The translations under genes were made by a program, and so were the position numbers. A DNA stretch of 64,000 nt, taken from NCBI GenBank assembly GCA_051362555.1, contig CM120647.1, forward strand, positions 8,804,001 to 8,868,000, read 5' to 3'. Below the pieces are notes generated by a model. The model searched no databases. It worked only from the letters and a program-made list of their open reading frames with translations, and was not told where the DNA came from. Of the stretch, positions 26,601 to 64,000 are shown in pieces (position 1 is the first letter of the stretch; the number at the start of each line of letters is the position of its first letter). Source of the stretch: Lingula anatina (lineage: Eukaryota > Animalia > Brachiopoda).

Positions 26601-29600
26601 TAAGACTTTAAAAAAGACAGAAAAAAAAAACATCTAAGGATGTTACATAACATATGTACTGTACTTTATCTATTCAGATTGGAGATTTTTTAACTTGATT
26701 TACTGATATAATTATGATATTTTCAATTTTTTATCATTTCCCTATATGAATAAACATAGTTAATATTGTATCTATCAACATAGATAACATTGCTTTAACC
26801 ATCTTTTCAGTTATAAGAAAGCTCCAAGACTTTGAGTCCCCCTTCATTTCCCTAAAGGCTGCAAATAAAGATGGCGTCCATAAAATTGTGCTTCGTAAAA
26901 GGTAAGAATTTGTAATAATAAGTGAATGTTGTTAGTCATCCAGTAAAACAAGAATGATAGATATGAATAACTCTGCTACTGGAACTTGCATTATATCAGA
27001 GTTATTTATATTTATCAATTTGTAATGAACTTGATCTTGTCATGGACCTTTGTTGGAGATAAGATAATAATACAAGTACTCACTTAAAGTAATTATATGC
27101 AAATTAGTAAAATCAGCATTTGATATTCTTGTGCCTATGGCCCCATTCTGAATAGCGGACAGTTGACTCATACTGTTTGAATAATTGTATAATTATTAAA
27201 TTCAATGTAATGTTTAAAATCAGAGTTGCAGAAATGGCTTCACTATTAGTATGATAAGATTTTAAAGATGAAAATGATAAAACATGTTTCTTGAAGGGAA
27301 AGAAAAGATTAGTAATTTGTCTTTGTTTTGCCACCTTTCTGTTTTTCTTTCCATCCATCCATTCCTTTATCCATTTATTTATTTATTTATTTATTTATTT
27401 ATAAATTCATTTATTTTTTTTAGTTACTGGGATTCATCATTTGATGACGACTTATTAGAAGACAGAATAGCCATGAACTTGCTCTATGTCCAGGCACAGA
27501 GTGACCTAGAGAGAGGCTGGATCCACGCAACTAAAGAACAGATGAAACAGTTGACAAATCTTCACCAGAAGGGGTCTAAAAAAGAAGTAAGTTTTAAAAG
27601 TTACAAAGGAGATAAATAATTTTGTGTTTAAATTTTGTCAGGAAATGGATTATTAGAGGTTAAAGATAAAAAAAAATGATGCTTGATCTTCAATTCATTT
27701 ATTAATTTTAACCATAAATACTATTTCTCCTTCTGAATCACTGAAAATTAGCTATGAAACGCATGGAAAATGCATAAAATAGCCCTGTTTTACTCAAGTA
27801 AAAAAAAATTCAAGTAAGGCTCTGTATATGAATTTTGTGTGGAAAAGGATAAAATAAATGTCTTACCCATGAACTTTCATGCTCTGTATTTTAAGTCTGT
27901 ATTGAAACACATAATAAATAAAACACATTTTACTCCAGATCTTTTTATTTCTTTACAGTATCTCAGACTTGCAAGGACACTCAAATACTATGGCTTCCTC
28001 CACTTTAAAAAATGCCAGACAGACTATCCCCAAGATGGCTGTGCTGTTGTAGTTGCCGCTGGCAACAGGGAACTGAATTTTAGGATTCAGGTTTCAGAGG
28101 TTGGTATCACTGTCAACAATCTTGATTTGTTGTAGGTTAATGTGATAAGTTTATTATCAATTATTGATTTTGGCTGAGGTTTGCAAATCAACATACTGCA
28201 AAAAATGTAATTAATGATTTATTTATGTAATGTAATTATACCTGAAGGTCAGAGTAACATCAAAAGTTGCAACATCTTCACATCTGACATTGTTGTTATC
28301 TCACTGATAAGATGTGTCCTTTAGTCTGATTGGAAAAAAAATCAGCCATTATGAGACAGTGTCATCTGTCAATATTGGATTTTATCAGATCTTGCATTCC
28401 AGAATATAATACTGTATTCTATGCTAATTTTTAGGATCAGCTAAAGGAAGGAAGTTTCAAGATCACCCGTATGCGATGTTGGAGAATTACAACAACAGTA
28501 AGTATTGCCATATACCACACTACCATGATGTAAATGCATCATTGCACCCATGGTTTTTGATGGTCAATATTCATCAGCAGAATTATAATTACAAATAACC
28601 TGACAAAATAGACCTACTCAAAACAGATTCTGCAAATAAATTTTAACCTACAAAGATGGTGTGAGTATATATGAATCGACTAGCCCAAAGCAGAAATAAT
28701 GGACAGTAACTAATTTCATTGGTATTCAGTGTTAACATCCAATACTGACAATACAACACCTCAGTGCACATGATTTTGAACAAAACCTAACTTTGAACTT
28801 CCTCAAGCAAGCTATAAAGAGGGATAAAATTTTTGGTTATCATGTTTTAGCTTCCTGATGAAGAAAATGAAAACCCAACAGACCCAAAACCCACACTGGA
28901 GATAGCTTTTGAATATCTGATGGCCAAAGATACCCTGAAGTGGATCACCCTGTTCACAGATGAGGTGAGACTAAGAATGCATTCATAACGGCAGACTAGC
29001 AGATTTTTTATGAACTTTGGACTGACTGTCATTTGATATATTTGTTAATCTTGTTCAATTATAATTTTACAGGCAATTCTAATAAGCATGTGTCTTCAAG
29101 GAATGGTGGATGAGCTAATTATGAAGAAACAGGGCAAAAAGATGAAGAGGGTAAGAAGCTGATCTTTTAATCAAAAAGTTATTAATATTTTAAGAGAGAA
29201 AGAGGTGGAACTGTGACTGTAGGAATTATGGGTATTGGAAGAAATTTAAGCACTAAGTTATTGAAGGGATTGATAAATTATCTTTTTCTCGTCAAACTTG
29301 GGTCAATTGTGAATCTGAAAAATATTGAAAAATAATTTTATGACAGAAGATGAAAAAATGTTCACAGATGGAGAAACACAATTACTGATACAGTAATATC
29401 TTGCTTAATTTCCCCCCCCCCCCCAAAAAAAAAAATTGTTGATCTTGCTTAACAATGTTTCAATTGTTTTCATTTAATATTGTATTGATAGTGATACATG
29501 AAAAACTAGAGTTCATCTTTATAAGTACCAGTATGTTGATGTCATGTTCATAACACAGGACATAAGGCATATTTCAGCATATTTATCAAGCATATTTTAT

Positions 29601-30564
29601 CACTTCATGTGAAATTATTTCACTTTATATTATTACTATTATTTATGCAAATGTTTATAGCCACAAGATCGAGTAAAGAGGGCACCACGTGCATACCTGA
29701 AAAGGGACGGTACAAGCAACGTCACATACAACGAGGCTGATGTAAGTATTACTGTCTTGTACTGTGATCCTAATATTTAACAACTCTTAACTCTAAGATT
29801 TGAAACTTGTTTGGATTTCTTGATGACAAATAATTATTCGATATTCAAAATTTGTATGCATCTGCTTAGAAGTTAGCTAGTTGGTTTAAAAGATGTTATG
29901 TATTTGACTTTGGTATGAGATTGATGAATTTTTTGACTAGTACAAAGAAGCATAATTTTCAGAAGAATGTGAGACTATGAATTGAAGTTGAAATTTTCAC
30001 AGATTATTTGGCTACTACTCAGTTTGACCTGACATTGAAATACATTGCATTTGTATATACTAATGTGACGATGATTGTCCATCTTTTTGTTACAGAATGA
30101 GGAACACACCACAAGTACCGCACAGAAAGCAAAGGAATCTGTGAAGAAAATTTCAGTAAGTTAATATAACATTACTTAGCTGGAGGGTAAGGAAATAGTT
30201 GGTCAATAATAAAGTCATCTGGCATTCAATTGTAAGTTGGTGGAATTTCCAAATTTGAATGAAAAATATATTTGAAAGGATTCATTGAAGACTCTGATAT
30301 TGTTTTATATTTTATTTACATAAATATAATGGGTAAGACAAAAGCGGAATTCTTTGGTATGAACTTACTAGTATTTTCAGTGAAATGGAATTTTGAAATA
30401 TTTTTTTTAAATTGACACATAAAAAGATTCTTGCAAATTGTTTCTAAAATTATTTGGTCTTTAATTTTCAGGATAAACTCCAGTCATTACGGACATCAGC
30501 TTTGGCACCTGATCTGCCAGAAAACGATGCTTTTGTGGGTGGAATAGGTGATGATGACCTCTGA
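23589..30564 (+). CDS. SNX17: Sorting nexin-17 (PX + FERM-like domain), 15 coding exons, 470 aa
   Basis: Fifteen exons sum to 1413 nt in frame with GT-AG introns. N-terminus MHFSIPET, PX motifs VRYSQL and FPPKK, FERM-like segments YWDSSFDDDLLEDRIAMNLLY and EGSFKITRMRCWRIT, and C-terminal GIGDDDL* matching the SNX17 Retriever-binding tail. Confidence 0.96.
24148..24222 (+). CDS. SNX17: SNX17 exon 2 (VFKIHVNGVHHCTVRYSQLHNFHEQ)
   Basis: ttttag| ... CAG|gtgaga; 75 nt. Confidence 0.93.
24590..24713 (+). CDS. SNX17: SNX17 exon 3 (MKKEFGANSLPQFPPKK...LEKYIQI)
   Basis: tttcag| ... A|gtaagt; 124 nt. Confidence 0.93.
24682..24873 (+). repeat. 68-bp tandem triplication including the SNX17 exon 3 end and donor
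   Basis: tagagaaata(c/a)atacaaataagtaagt recurs with GT at 24714, 24782 and 24850. Confidence 0.9.
25133..25197 (+). CDS. SNX17: SNX17 exon 4 (SQNPQIANSDVFNGFFLSAQQ)
   Basis: tttcag| ... CAG|gtaagg; 65 nt. Confidence 0.92.
25236..25646. repeat. 36-bp minisatellite ATTGTGTTTGGTGTGATTGTGCAAACTCTTCCAGAT, about 11 copies, in SNX17 intron 4
   Basis: Direct tandem array; explains four overlapping repetitive ORFs. Confidence 0.97.
25812..25922 (+). CDS. SNX17: SNX17 exon 5 (ETQHEEPERVTLDVFLMNG...QTEDVLE)
   Basis: attag| ... GAG|gtaggg; 111 nt. Confidence 0.93.
26337..26430 (+). CDS. SNX17: SNX17 exon 6 (TVASNIELKDDFVFYFGLYLVKKEGGEKELS)
   Basis: tttcag| ... A|gtaggt; 94 nt. Confidence 0.92.
26811..26901 (+). 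CDS. SNX17: SNX17 exon 7 (IRKLQDFESPFISLK...KIVLRK)
   Basis: ttttcag| ... AG|gtaaga; 91 nt. Confidence 0.93.
27424..27586 (+). CDS. SNX17: SNX17 exon 8 (YWDSSFDDD...KGSKKE)
   Basis: ttttag| ... GAA|gtaagt; 163 nt. Confidence 0.94.
27959..28099 (+). CDS. SNX17: SNX17 exon 9 (YLRLARTLKYYG...FRIQVSE)
   Basis: ttacag| ... GAG|gttggt; 141 nt. Confidence 0.9.
28435..28497 (+). CDS. SNX17: SNX17 exon 10 (DQLKEGSFKITRMRCWRITTT)
   Basis: ttttag| ... ACA|gtaagt; 63 nt. Confidence 0.93.
28851..28964 (+). CDS. SNX17: SNX17 exon 11 (LPDEEN...LEIAFEYLMAKDTLKWITLFTDE)
   Basis: ttttag| ... GAG|gtgaga; 114 nt. Confidence 0.91.
29073..29150 (+). CDS. SNX17: SNX17 exon 12 (AILISMCLQGMVDELIMKKQGKKMKR)
   Basis: ttacag| ... 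AGG|gtaaga; 78 nt. Confidence 0.93.
29661..29741 (+). CDS. SNX17: SNX17 exon 13 (PQDRVKRAPRAYLKRDGTSNVTYNEAD)
   Basis: ttatag| ... GAT|gtaagt; 81 nt, phase 0-0. Confidence 0.85.
30096..30155 (+). CDS. SNX17: SNX17 exon 14 (NEEHTTSTAQKAKESVKKIS)
   Basis: ttacag| ... TCA|gtaagt; 60 nt, phase 0-0. Confidence 0.85.
30472..30564 (+). CDS. SNX17: SNX17 exon 15 (DKLQ...ENDAFVGGIGDDDL*)
   Basis: tttcag|GAT; TGA ends at 30564; conserved acidic tail with terminal Leu. Confidence 0.93.
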   Translation, partial: DKLQSLRTSALAPDLPENDAFVGGIGDDDL

Positions 30565-31873
30565 TGAAATAATGATCTTAAAACCTATGATGTCACAACA
30601 TTTAGAACAGCAAAACCGGTGATGTCATAAGATTCTGTCTAGCAAAACCAGTGATGTTATAAGATTATGAGTTAAATTGAGAAGGTGGTCTCATCTTCAC
30701 AGAAAAGGCTGATTTTGAAAGGAGGAATGAAGAAAGAGAACATGGTTGTGATTGGATAGAAATCCTAGGAGGGATGAGACAAGTTGACAAGTTGACTGAA
30801 ATCCAGTAATTTAAGGGACCATAATATAATCAGAAGTCAGATGCATAATATCTGATCAAAAGCAATAATTACACCATTATGTTATATTATAACCATCGAT
30901 ATATTAAGATGCATGGCTTAGTGATCAAATTTTAGATAGTTATATATCCCAGCCATTCCAAGTGCAATAATAAAATGGCAAGACTCTGTTTCACAAAGGA
31001 ACTTCAGTCCAAAAATTAATCTAAACTTAAGACCGAAATTTGTCAACTATTACCCAGGATAAATCTGCAATAGTTCATTTAAATAAAGATGTGGTTTATG
31101 TTTCATGCCACTATTCACTTAATTTAAGTGGACTACTGAGGATTTATCACAAACTGAAGTGGACCAAATTTTTGGCCTAAACTTTAGTGGTCTAATAGAC
31201 CAATTATTGGGCTGAATTTGCCTTGTGAAACAGCTGGCAGGAAGTTTTGGTTGTGACACCCTGAGTTTGAGCATTTGTTGGAAATGCCCCTTTGCTGTCA
31301 ACATGCCTGTGGCATTTCTATTCAGTTCCCATATCTGCAGGGTGTATGGAATTTGATGACTACAAAACCTTCTGTAAAAGTTGGGAGGGGGAAAATGAAT
31401 ATAAACCTTTTGCCAAAGTGTGTGGAACCCAATGTTTTCTGTTTGTGCAGTTTTAAATCAAATTATATCTGTTTTGATGCTTGCCTGTCAGCTAGCAAAA
31501 ATTCACTCACATATTTATTCATGTATACTTCATGGTAAGTTCACTCACCTTTGAAATTTTCAGACTTTAACCCACTTCAGTGTTCTAATGTTTATAATCT
31601 TACTTCAAGAAACCAGTTGAAATAATCATTCATACATGGTCTAAAATTTCACTTGCCAGCAAGGACCCAAATATACACTCACACATGAAAACTTAGGAGA
31701 TTATATCAGGTGCCTTATTGTTAACTTCGCATATCATCGTTATTATAATCAAAGCATTTTTTGAAACTCCCAAAGATTTCTGTTATATATTTATACATTT
31801 ATCCTCAGTGTGTAGTTTTGTAGTGTTTCTGGAAGCATAGCACCCTGAGTCAATGGAAACTTGCCACGATAAT

Positions 31874-32125
31874 CCCTGCGAAAATTTGTCTCATTTAACG
31901 CTCACCGTTCTCTATCTGACCTAGAACATAATGTTTTTCTCTTTTAATGAAAAATGTTCTTAATCTGTTCCAGGACATTCTGAAGGACTTCCTAAAACAG
32001 TTCTTGAACTGTTAGATTCATTACAGAACAACATTAGAACTATAAAAAAAAAAAAAATACACCAAATTTTCTAGAATAGATTGAGAACCGTAAGTGAGCA
32101 TTGAGTGAGAGAAATTTTTGCAGGG
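31874..32125. mobile_element. MITE-like inverted repeat (~55-bp imperfect arms) downstream of the SNX17 stop
   Basis: ccctgcgaaaatttgtctca...gctcac..gttctc..tagaa pairs with ttctag..gagaac..gtgagc..tgagagaaatttttgcaggg. Confidence 0.65.
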
Positions 32126-33726
32126 GTGGAAATGGCAGAAACATGCTCAGAATTGGGGTGAGTTTCCAGTGACGTTGGAAACTAAGGGTGGTTGGAAAAT
32201 GGGAAAAAAATGAAGAGTGTAAATTTCAAGTCTAACGTGCACTGGTGCCATAATATATGATATTTCTGTTTGGTCATATTTAAGGAATGATCATATTCTA
32301 TGTGTGAGAAAATTTCTATTCAAGGTGGGCTTAGGGTTAAACTTAGGACGTGTAGAACATCTCATTTTTATAGCTCAACAGTTGAGAAAATATTTCAGAA
32401 ATAATTTGTTTCTGTTGAACTGATGCAGTTAATGTTACTACTATAAGAATAAGTATCTGAATGTTTATGCAATTTTTAATAATCCCTCCAAATGTTACGC
32501 ACTGATATTGTTATTATCATAATGTTTGTTGAAGGTTTCTCACACAACTTTTATAAATAAAAATAAACAAAGTTTTGTGATTCATAACCAGTATGTAACT
32601 TACACTTGCCAACAAATTTTTAAAAAATCATCAAGAATTTATTTTATTTTTGAATGAATTAATGAATGGATGGAAAATATTAAGTTGGCTGTGGGCACAT
32701 CATACTTATATGATTAAAAAAGACTTTCACCCAAATGTTTGTTAAATGTCATGACCTTTCAAGGTCAAGTGTAAGTTGTCACCTTTGAAGGTCATCCTCG
32801 AACATTTCATGACTTTATATTACTAAATGACATAGGCCCATTTGGCAAGGTCATTTTTGGAAAAAATAATCACATCTCCGCATTGTAACTGTTTGTTTAG
32901 ACAAGGACTTCTTTAGACCGACTTGTTTACCTCTGTATTTCTTTGATTGTAGTTCACAACTTCACATGGCGTGGCTAAGGCTGATGTGTGGTCCAAAGTG
33001 CTCCCTGTCTAAACTGTTCTGCGCTGACCTCAGGTTTTCTGATAATATGAGATATTTCCAGTTCAAAGCAGGTTAGCAATCAAGTGTGATATACAGTCCA
33101 AAGTAGCCCTTGTCTATACATGAGAACCATCAATATTCAAGAATAGAAAGTTATGAAAATTTCTTTGTTCAGATTTAAAATTGAACATGATATATACATA
33201 TATAGAATTGGCATAAGGATTAATTTTTTTTAAATATCAATAGTAAATTATAAATTCAAGGTGCTGATTATTACTATAATATAGGCATAATACTAGTGTA
33301 TAGGGCATGTATATTTTAAAAAATTGTCTCAGTCATCCACACTAATAGAAAACAGTTTATTCCTTGCAGCACTATCAGTATAAATCATATGTATCATAAT
33401 GTCAAATATGTAATTCCTTATTCCACACTAATTCGTATAGTCGGGGTCTGGTTAGCATCTTCACATATTGATTTTTAGAGAGAAAAAAAAAATATTTGCC
33501 TCATTACTATTAGGGAAACTCTGCATCACAGGGTCTATTTTAGAAAAAAATGTTTGAAACAATGGAGAAATAATGTGCAAGGGCATTAGGAACAAGTTAT
33601 GAAAATCACAAACAATATTTTATACTAAAAAGTCTTTGCCTTTACTTAAAAGGATTGATCGAATTCAAGATGATATTGGAATTTTGACTCCCTGAGTTTC
33701 AAACAGTTATCTTTGCAGCATGCCTC

Positions 33727-33730
<4 letters not shown>

Positions 33731-33777
<47 letters not shown>
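33731..33777. repeat. (AT)n microsatellite
   Basis: Seen directly. Confidence 0.98.
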
Positions 33778-33780
<3 letters not shown>

Positions 33781-33973
33781 CTACATTCACAACAGCAGAC
33801 CTACTAGTCCGTGGAACAAATATGGCTGACCCACTTGAATGCTTGTTGCTTAATCCCCGGGGAGAAACTATTCTGTGTCAATTAAGGGATTCAACGACAA
33901 GCTTTTAAGTAGGTAGCCATATTTGATCCATGGACTAGTTAGTCTGCGGATCAACTGGTTCTGAATGCACCCT
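33778..33973. mobile_element. MITE with inverted arms (ctagtccgtggaacaaatatggct / agccatatttgatccatggactag), next to an (AT)n tract
   Basis: Inverted arms visible directly; same AAATATGGC core as 2821-3094. Confidence 0.55.
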
Positions 33974-35008
33974 CAGTGTTTTTTTTTTTTTTTTTTTTAG
34001 TGTAGCTCTGAAACCTGGGTTAGAGCTCAATTATAGAACCCATGTCCATATTTAAATATGTATCTTGCACGCAGAGGCTGTTTTTTTATTCACCTCATAA
34101 GCACGCTTCATTTTCTGCAAAATCATTCAAATAAACATTTTTATACTCATTGCAAATGTTTTTTTTTTCTAGTAATTATGTATGTTGGAAAATAGTATGC
34201 TATATGTATATGCATTTGAGTAGGTTTTATGTCTAAACAAGTTAAACTTTTTCATTTAAAATGTAAAATCGACAGATGAAATGACACCTTTGATTTACAT
34301 TAAATTTTTACAATGAAATTTTGGCATAAATTAGTACAGACTCTCACAAGCTCTCATGAGCGTGTCCATTAAAACAAGGAAGAAATAATATTTGCAAACA
34401 ACCATTTCTGAGACAAAAAGACATTTATTAGAAATGAATTATGTACATTTTCTCATATATGTACACATGATGGCTTCGTCACATCTCTGCTTCATAAAAC
34501 ATGACTAACCCATTTATCATCAATCAAAATAAAGAAGATGACAAAAACATGGATTCTAAATCAATTTACAAGCTAAAACATGAGAAATTTACACAATAAA
34601 ATAATAAAAATAATGTACAAAAACAATTTAATATATGTTTAGCAATTATTGCCAGGCCATGCTAATACTATTACACAACAGGATGGTTTTAAAAAAGACC
34701 CTAAATCACTTTTAAAACATGATATGTAGCTTTGAAACTTTCCTTCCACATTTGAAGAACAGGTTTCTTCTCAGGTGACAGAAGTCAGCCAATTACACAA
34801 CACTTTGTCATCACATGACCTTACAGTGAATATTAGCCAATCCAAAAAACAGTTAAGAAATATATATTACCCAATGAAAGAAGGGATAACAAATGACCAG
34901 AGACAGAAAGCACATTGGAATGATGACAAAAAAGGCTCAGGCCTCTCAAAACATAGCCAAACAGTGACAGTAATAAAGTAATCAAGATAGAATCATGGTT
35001 ATTTCTTA

Positions 35009-35223
35009 GACCCCATTCCCACAGATTTTAGATCGGTCTATCCCCGTGGGGAGTCTCACTAGATTACTATCAGCTTAGCTGGCTTAAATGTCTGTCTTGC
35101 CTACTAAAAGCTGTAAGGGGGTAATTAACTTCTGTGCGCAGTCGGCTGACAGCAATTTAGCGTGAACACCCAGGGAGTTAGGTCGATCTAGTTGGATCGA
35201 TCTAAATCTCTGGGAATGTGCTC
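35009..35223 (-). mobile_element. ~215-bp MITE (Harbinger/Tourist-like, TTA TSD), copy 2, inverted
   Basis: Reverse complement of 19578-19778; TTA at 35006-35008 and 35224-35226. Confidence 0.85.
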
Positions 35224-37901
35224 TTAATCGAGTAACTCTCCTTAATAAATATGCTCCATGTTTTTAAAAAAGCACTGGTTAGCAAACCACAAAATACTTC
35301 GATAAAAAAAAGCTTGCCAACAAGAAACATTGAATATCATGATAGGGAGTTTGAAATTTTACAAATGGACAACTCCCTCCATCTTCCTGTAGGTGGCAGC
35401 ACAGTAAAGGCAAGTGGTTGGCACTGATATCGATTATAATCTTTTAATTTGATTTTATTTAATTGATCTAAGTCATCACCACACATACAAAAGAAATATA
35501 TTCAATCCAGTCACTAGTATTTGGGACTAACTTGATACTGAAAAGCTCCTTTACATTTTTTTTCTCCGTCTCATAAACACTTCACTTATAAAAATACTGA
35601 TGGTTTTGGAATATTTCTCTGGGAAAGGACCACGTAAGGTAATGAAACTATCTTTTCAATGGGGAAAATTGTAAATTTTGCTAATACTGTATTTTTTTAA
35701 CTCATACATTCGTAAAATTAGAACATTCCTACTGAGTGGCAGAAAAAAAGCAGACTATCCTGTAGTTTTCTACTATACAGTAAAAGCACCATAAAAAGCT
35801 GAAAAGAAATATATGTTTAAGGATTCCAAAACTATATATCTGAAAGACTTAAAAATTACCCCATTGAAAACATCGAGTCATTGCCATATTTCAGAAGTTT
35901 TAAAACTTCAAGTACATTTCTGCCAGCGTCTTATAGGCAAGACCAGTTTCTGCGACTTTCGTAAAAAAGAGAAATATGAAAATAACTTGTTTCAGTAATC
36001 AAATGTGCTTCAAAATCTTGTAAAAAATTAACATGATTGTCTTGCTGTCTTTTAACCATTGACACTCCTATATAAACATGAAATTGTGCTTGAGCATTAA
36101 GGGTATAAACCCCCCCCTTAAAAAAGTCTCCTGCCGTCAACGCCTCCTTGAATAGTAAAAGGAGGCAATATAATTTTCAAAACAAATTTCACATTTTGTT
36201 TTCAAGTCTAACTTTCCAAAAACTTGCTTTCAAATCATGATGAAGGAGTACCTTAAAAGTACCCTGCAAATACAAACGCCAAAGGATTGCAGCTCCATCT
36301 GGGGGTTGCAAGGGTAAGTACGACACCCATTTACCCAGATATATCCAGAAGACTCTCATCTCTACTCAAATGGGCTGAAACATGGTTTAAGACCCATCAC
36401 TTTATATCTGTTATGTATCTAATATATCTTAACCAAGTTCAAACCTGAGTAAAACGTAGGCCCTTTTCACACCCAGCAGTATACGTTACTGATACAATCC
36501 ATATCAATAAACTTTGAGAAGTCCTAAGATGCAATTATGCTTCAGAGGTTTCTACTCCCTTTGACAATTTCCCTGCAAGTTTGCTTTGCCTGTTTAATTA
36601 GTTACTAAATTGGCCATGTCGTGTAATGAACTTGTCAAAAAGTGTACCAATACTGATTGTATCATTTCAGTATGGCACTCAGCGCAAAAAAAGGGCCCAT
36701 GACTTGAAAACTACTAGTAGATGGAAAAGCAGACATTTGTTTTTCAAAATACTTTAGAAAGAGTGTAATTTTGCAGTGCCTCTAGGTTCTTTTGAGAGGT
36801 TTATCACCCATATATAAGTATATACTGACAGCAAATATATTCTGAATAGTAGCTAAAAGCACAGACGAAAACCATTTATATTATTTTTCAAAGTTCAAAG
36901 TCAATTTTTGAAGTATATTTTCTCAACTCTTAAAATTTAAACTAGTCTATGTTGAAGAGTAATCGTATAACACCATTGAAATCTTAAGTATATTAAAAGC
37001 TGTTGCTATCTATATCAAAAAGAACACTTAAATCAAGGAGAAAAAAAAAAGCAATAAGTTATAAAGTATATCAAACTTTTAAGCTGGCCAATCAATCTCA
37101 AGCTTTGTTAACAGCCATCTAGCTGGCCAATCAATTTGTAGCTTTGTTAACAACCATAAGAAGCTGGTCAAACTGGTCCAAGCTTCTCTCCCAACTTCTA
37201 AAGACCCTCCCCAATACTGCATTTCTTTGTGATCAAAATGTTTCCCTTCTCACTGTCGGCAATCTCCTAATTGATACCCTGCATAAGCATTATTTACCTC
37301 TTTTAAGCGGTCTTCTAGTGAAAAAATACTGCAATTTATTTTAAGTGAAATGTTTCTGTTCACTGCCATGGTACCAACTTACTGTTACCAATGACAAGAT
37401 TGTGCCATGACTGTGATTCTACCATGATACTTCAAGGCTATAGCATGACATTTCATGATTATATCATGACATTTAATGACCAAACTACGACACTTCAGAG
37501 CCATGCTGTTCAATTCCATGGTTATTTTCTTCTTCAAAATTATAGATCATACTCACTGTCTGGTACTATTCATTAAAGACTTTCATGATGTCATGACTAT
37601 GACTCTATGAGGCACACACTCACTCTACCATGACATTTTTTCATGACATTTCATTTCTATACTAATTGTGCTTCATAGAATTTTGTATAAAAAATTCTCT
37701 ACAAAGTGACATATGATCCACCCATACCATGACGACTAATGTCATGATATTATCACAACTAAACCATGAACGTACTCTATAACTAAGGTGAAAGATTGTT
37801 TTAAATCCTTCCATTAGGCATGAGCATACCATGTCTAAACCATGACATACAATGACTCAACTATTATGATCATGACTCTATCATGATTCTAACAAAACTG
37901 A

Positions 37902-63993
<26,092 letters not shown>

Positions 63994-64000
63994 CTTGATT

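Overview
AT-rich, intron-containing eukaryotic genomic DNA from an invertebrate animal. The repeat content suggests a mollusc or other lophotrochozoan, but this is inference only. Three spliced protein-coding genes were reconstructed by hand with GT-AG junctions and consistent phases. Adenylate kinase 2 (AK2, minus strand, 5 coding exons, 17272-23169) lies head-to-head, with 419 bp between the start codons, with sorting nexin-17 (SNX17, plus strand, 15 coding exons, 23589-30564, 470 aa). An NKAIN (Na,K-ATPase beta-interacting) gene lies on the minus strand (63993 to 37902), convergent with SNX17. The first ~12 kb holds probable non-coding 5' exons of another minus-strand gene. The rest is MITE-type DNA transposon derivatives, a Helentron-like tandem-repeat element, minisatellites and microsatellites; nearly all remaining ORFs in the track are artefacts. 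The most interesting structure is at the NKAIN 3' end, where the sequence allows three different cytoplasmic tails. An 85-nt frame-shifting penultimate exon switches the last exon between a 4-residue end (vertebrate-like, 211 aa) and a 212-aa tail (390 aa). An open, CpG-rich read-through of exon 5 gives a third tail ending in -STL. A dense cluster of RFX X-box palindromes lies immediately beside the switch exon, and YCAY-rich tracts follow two of the stop codons.
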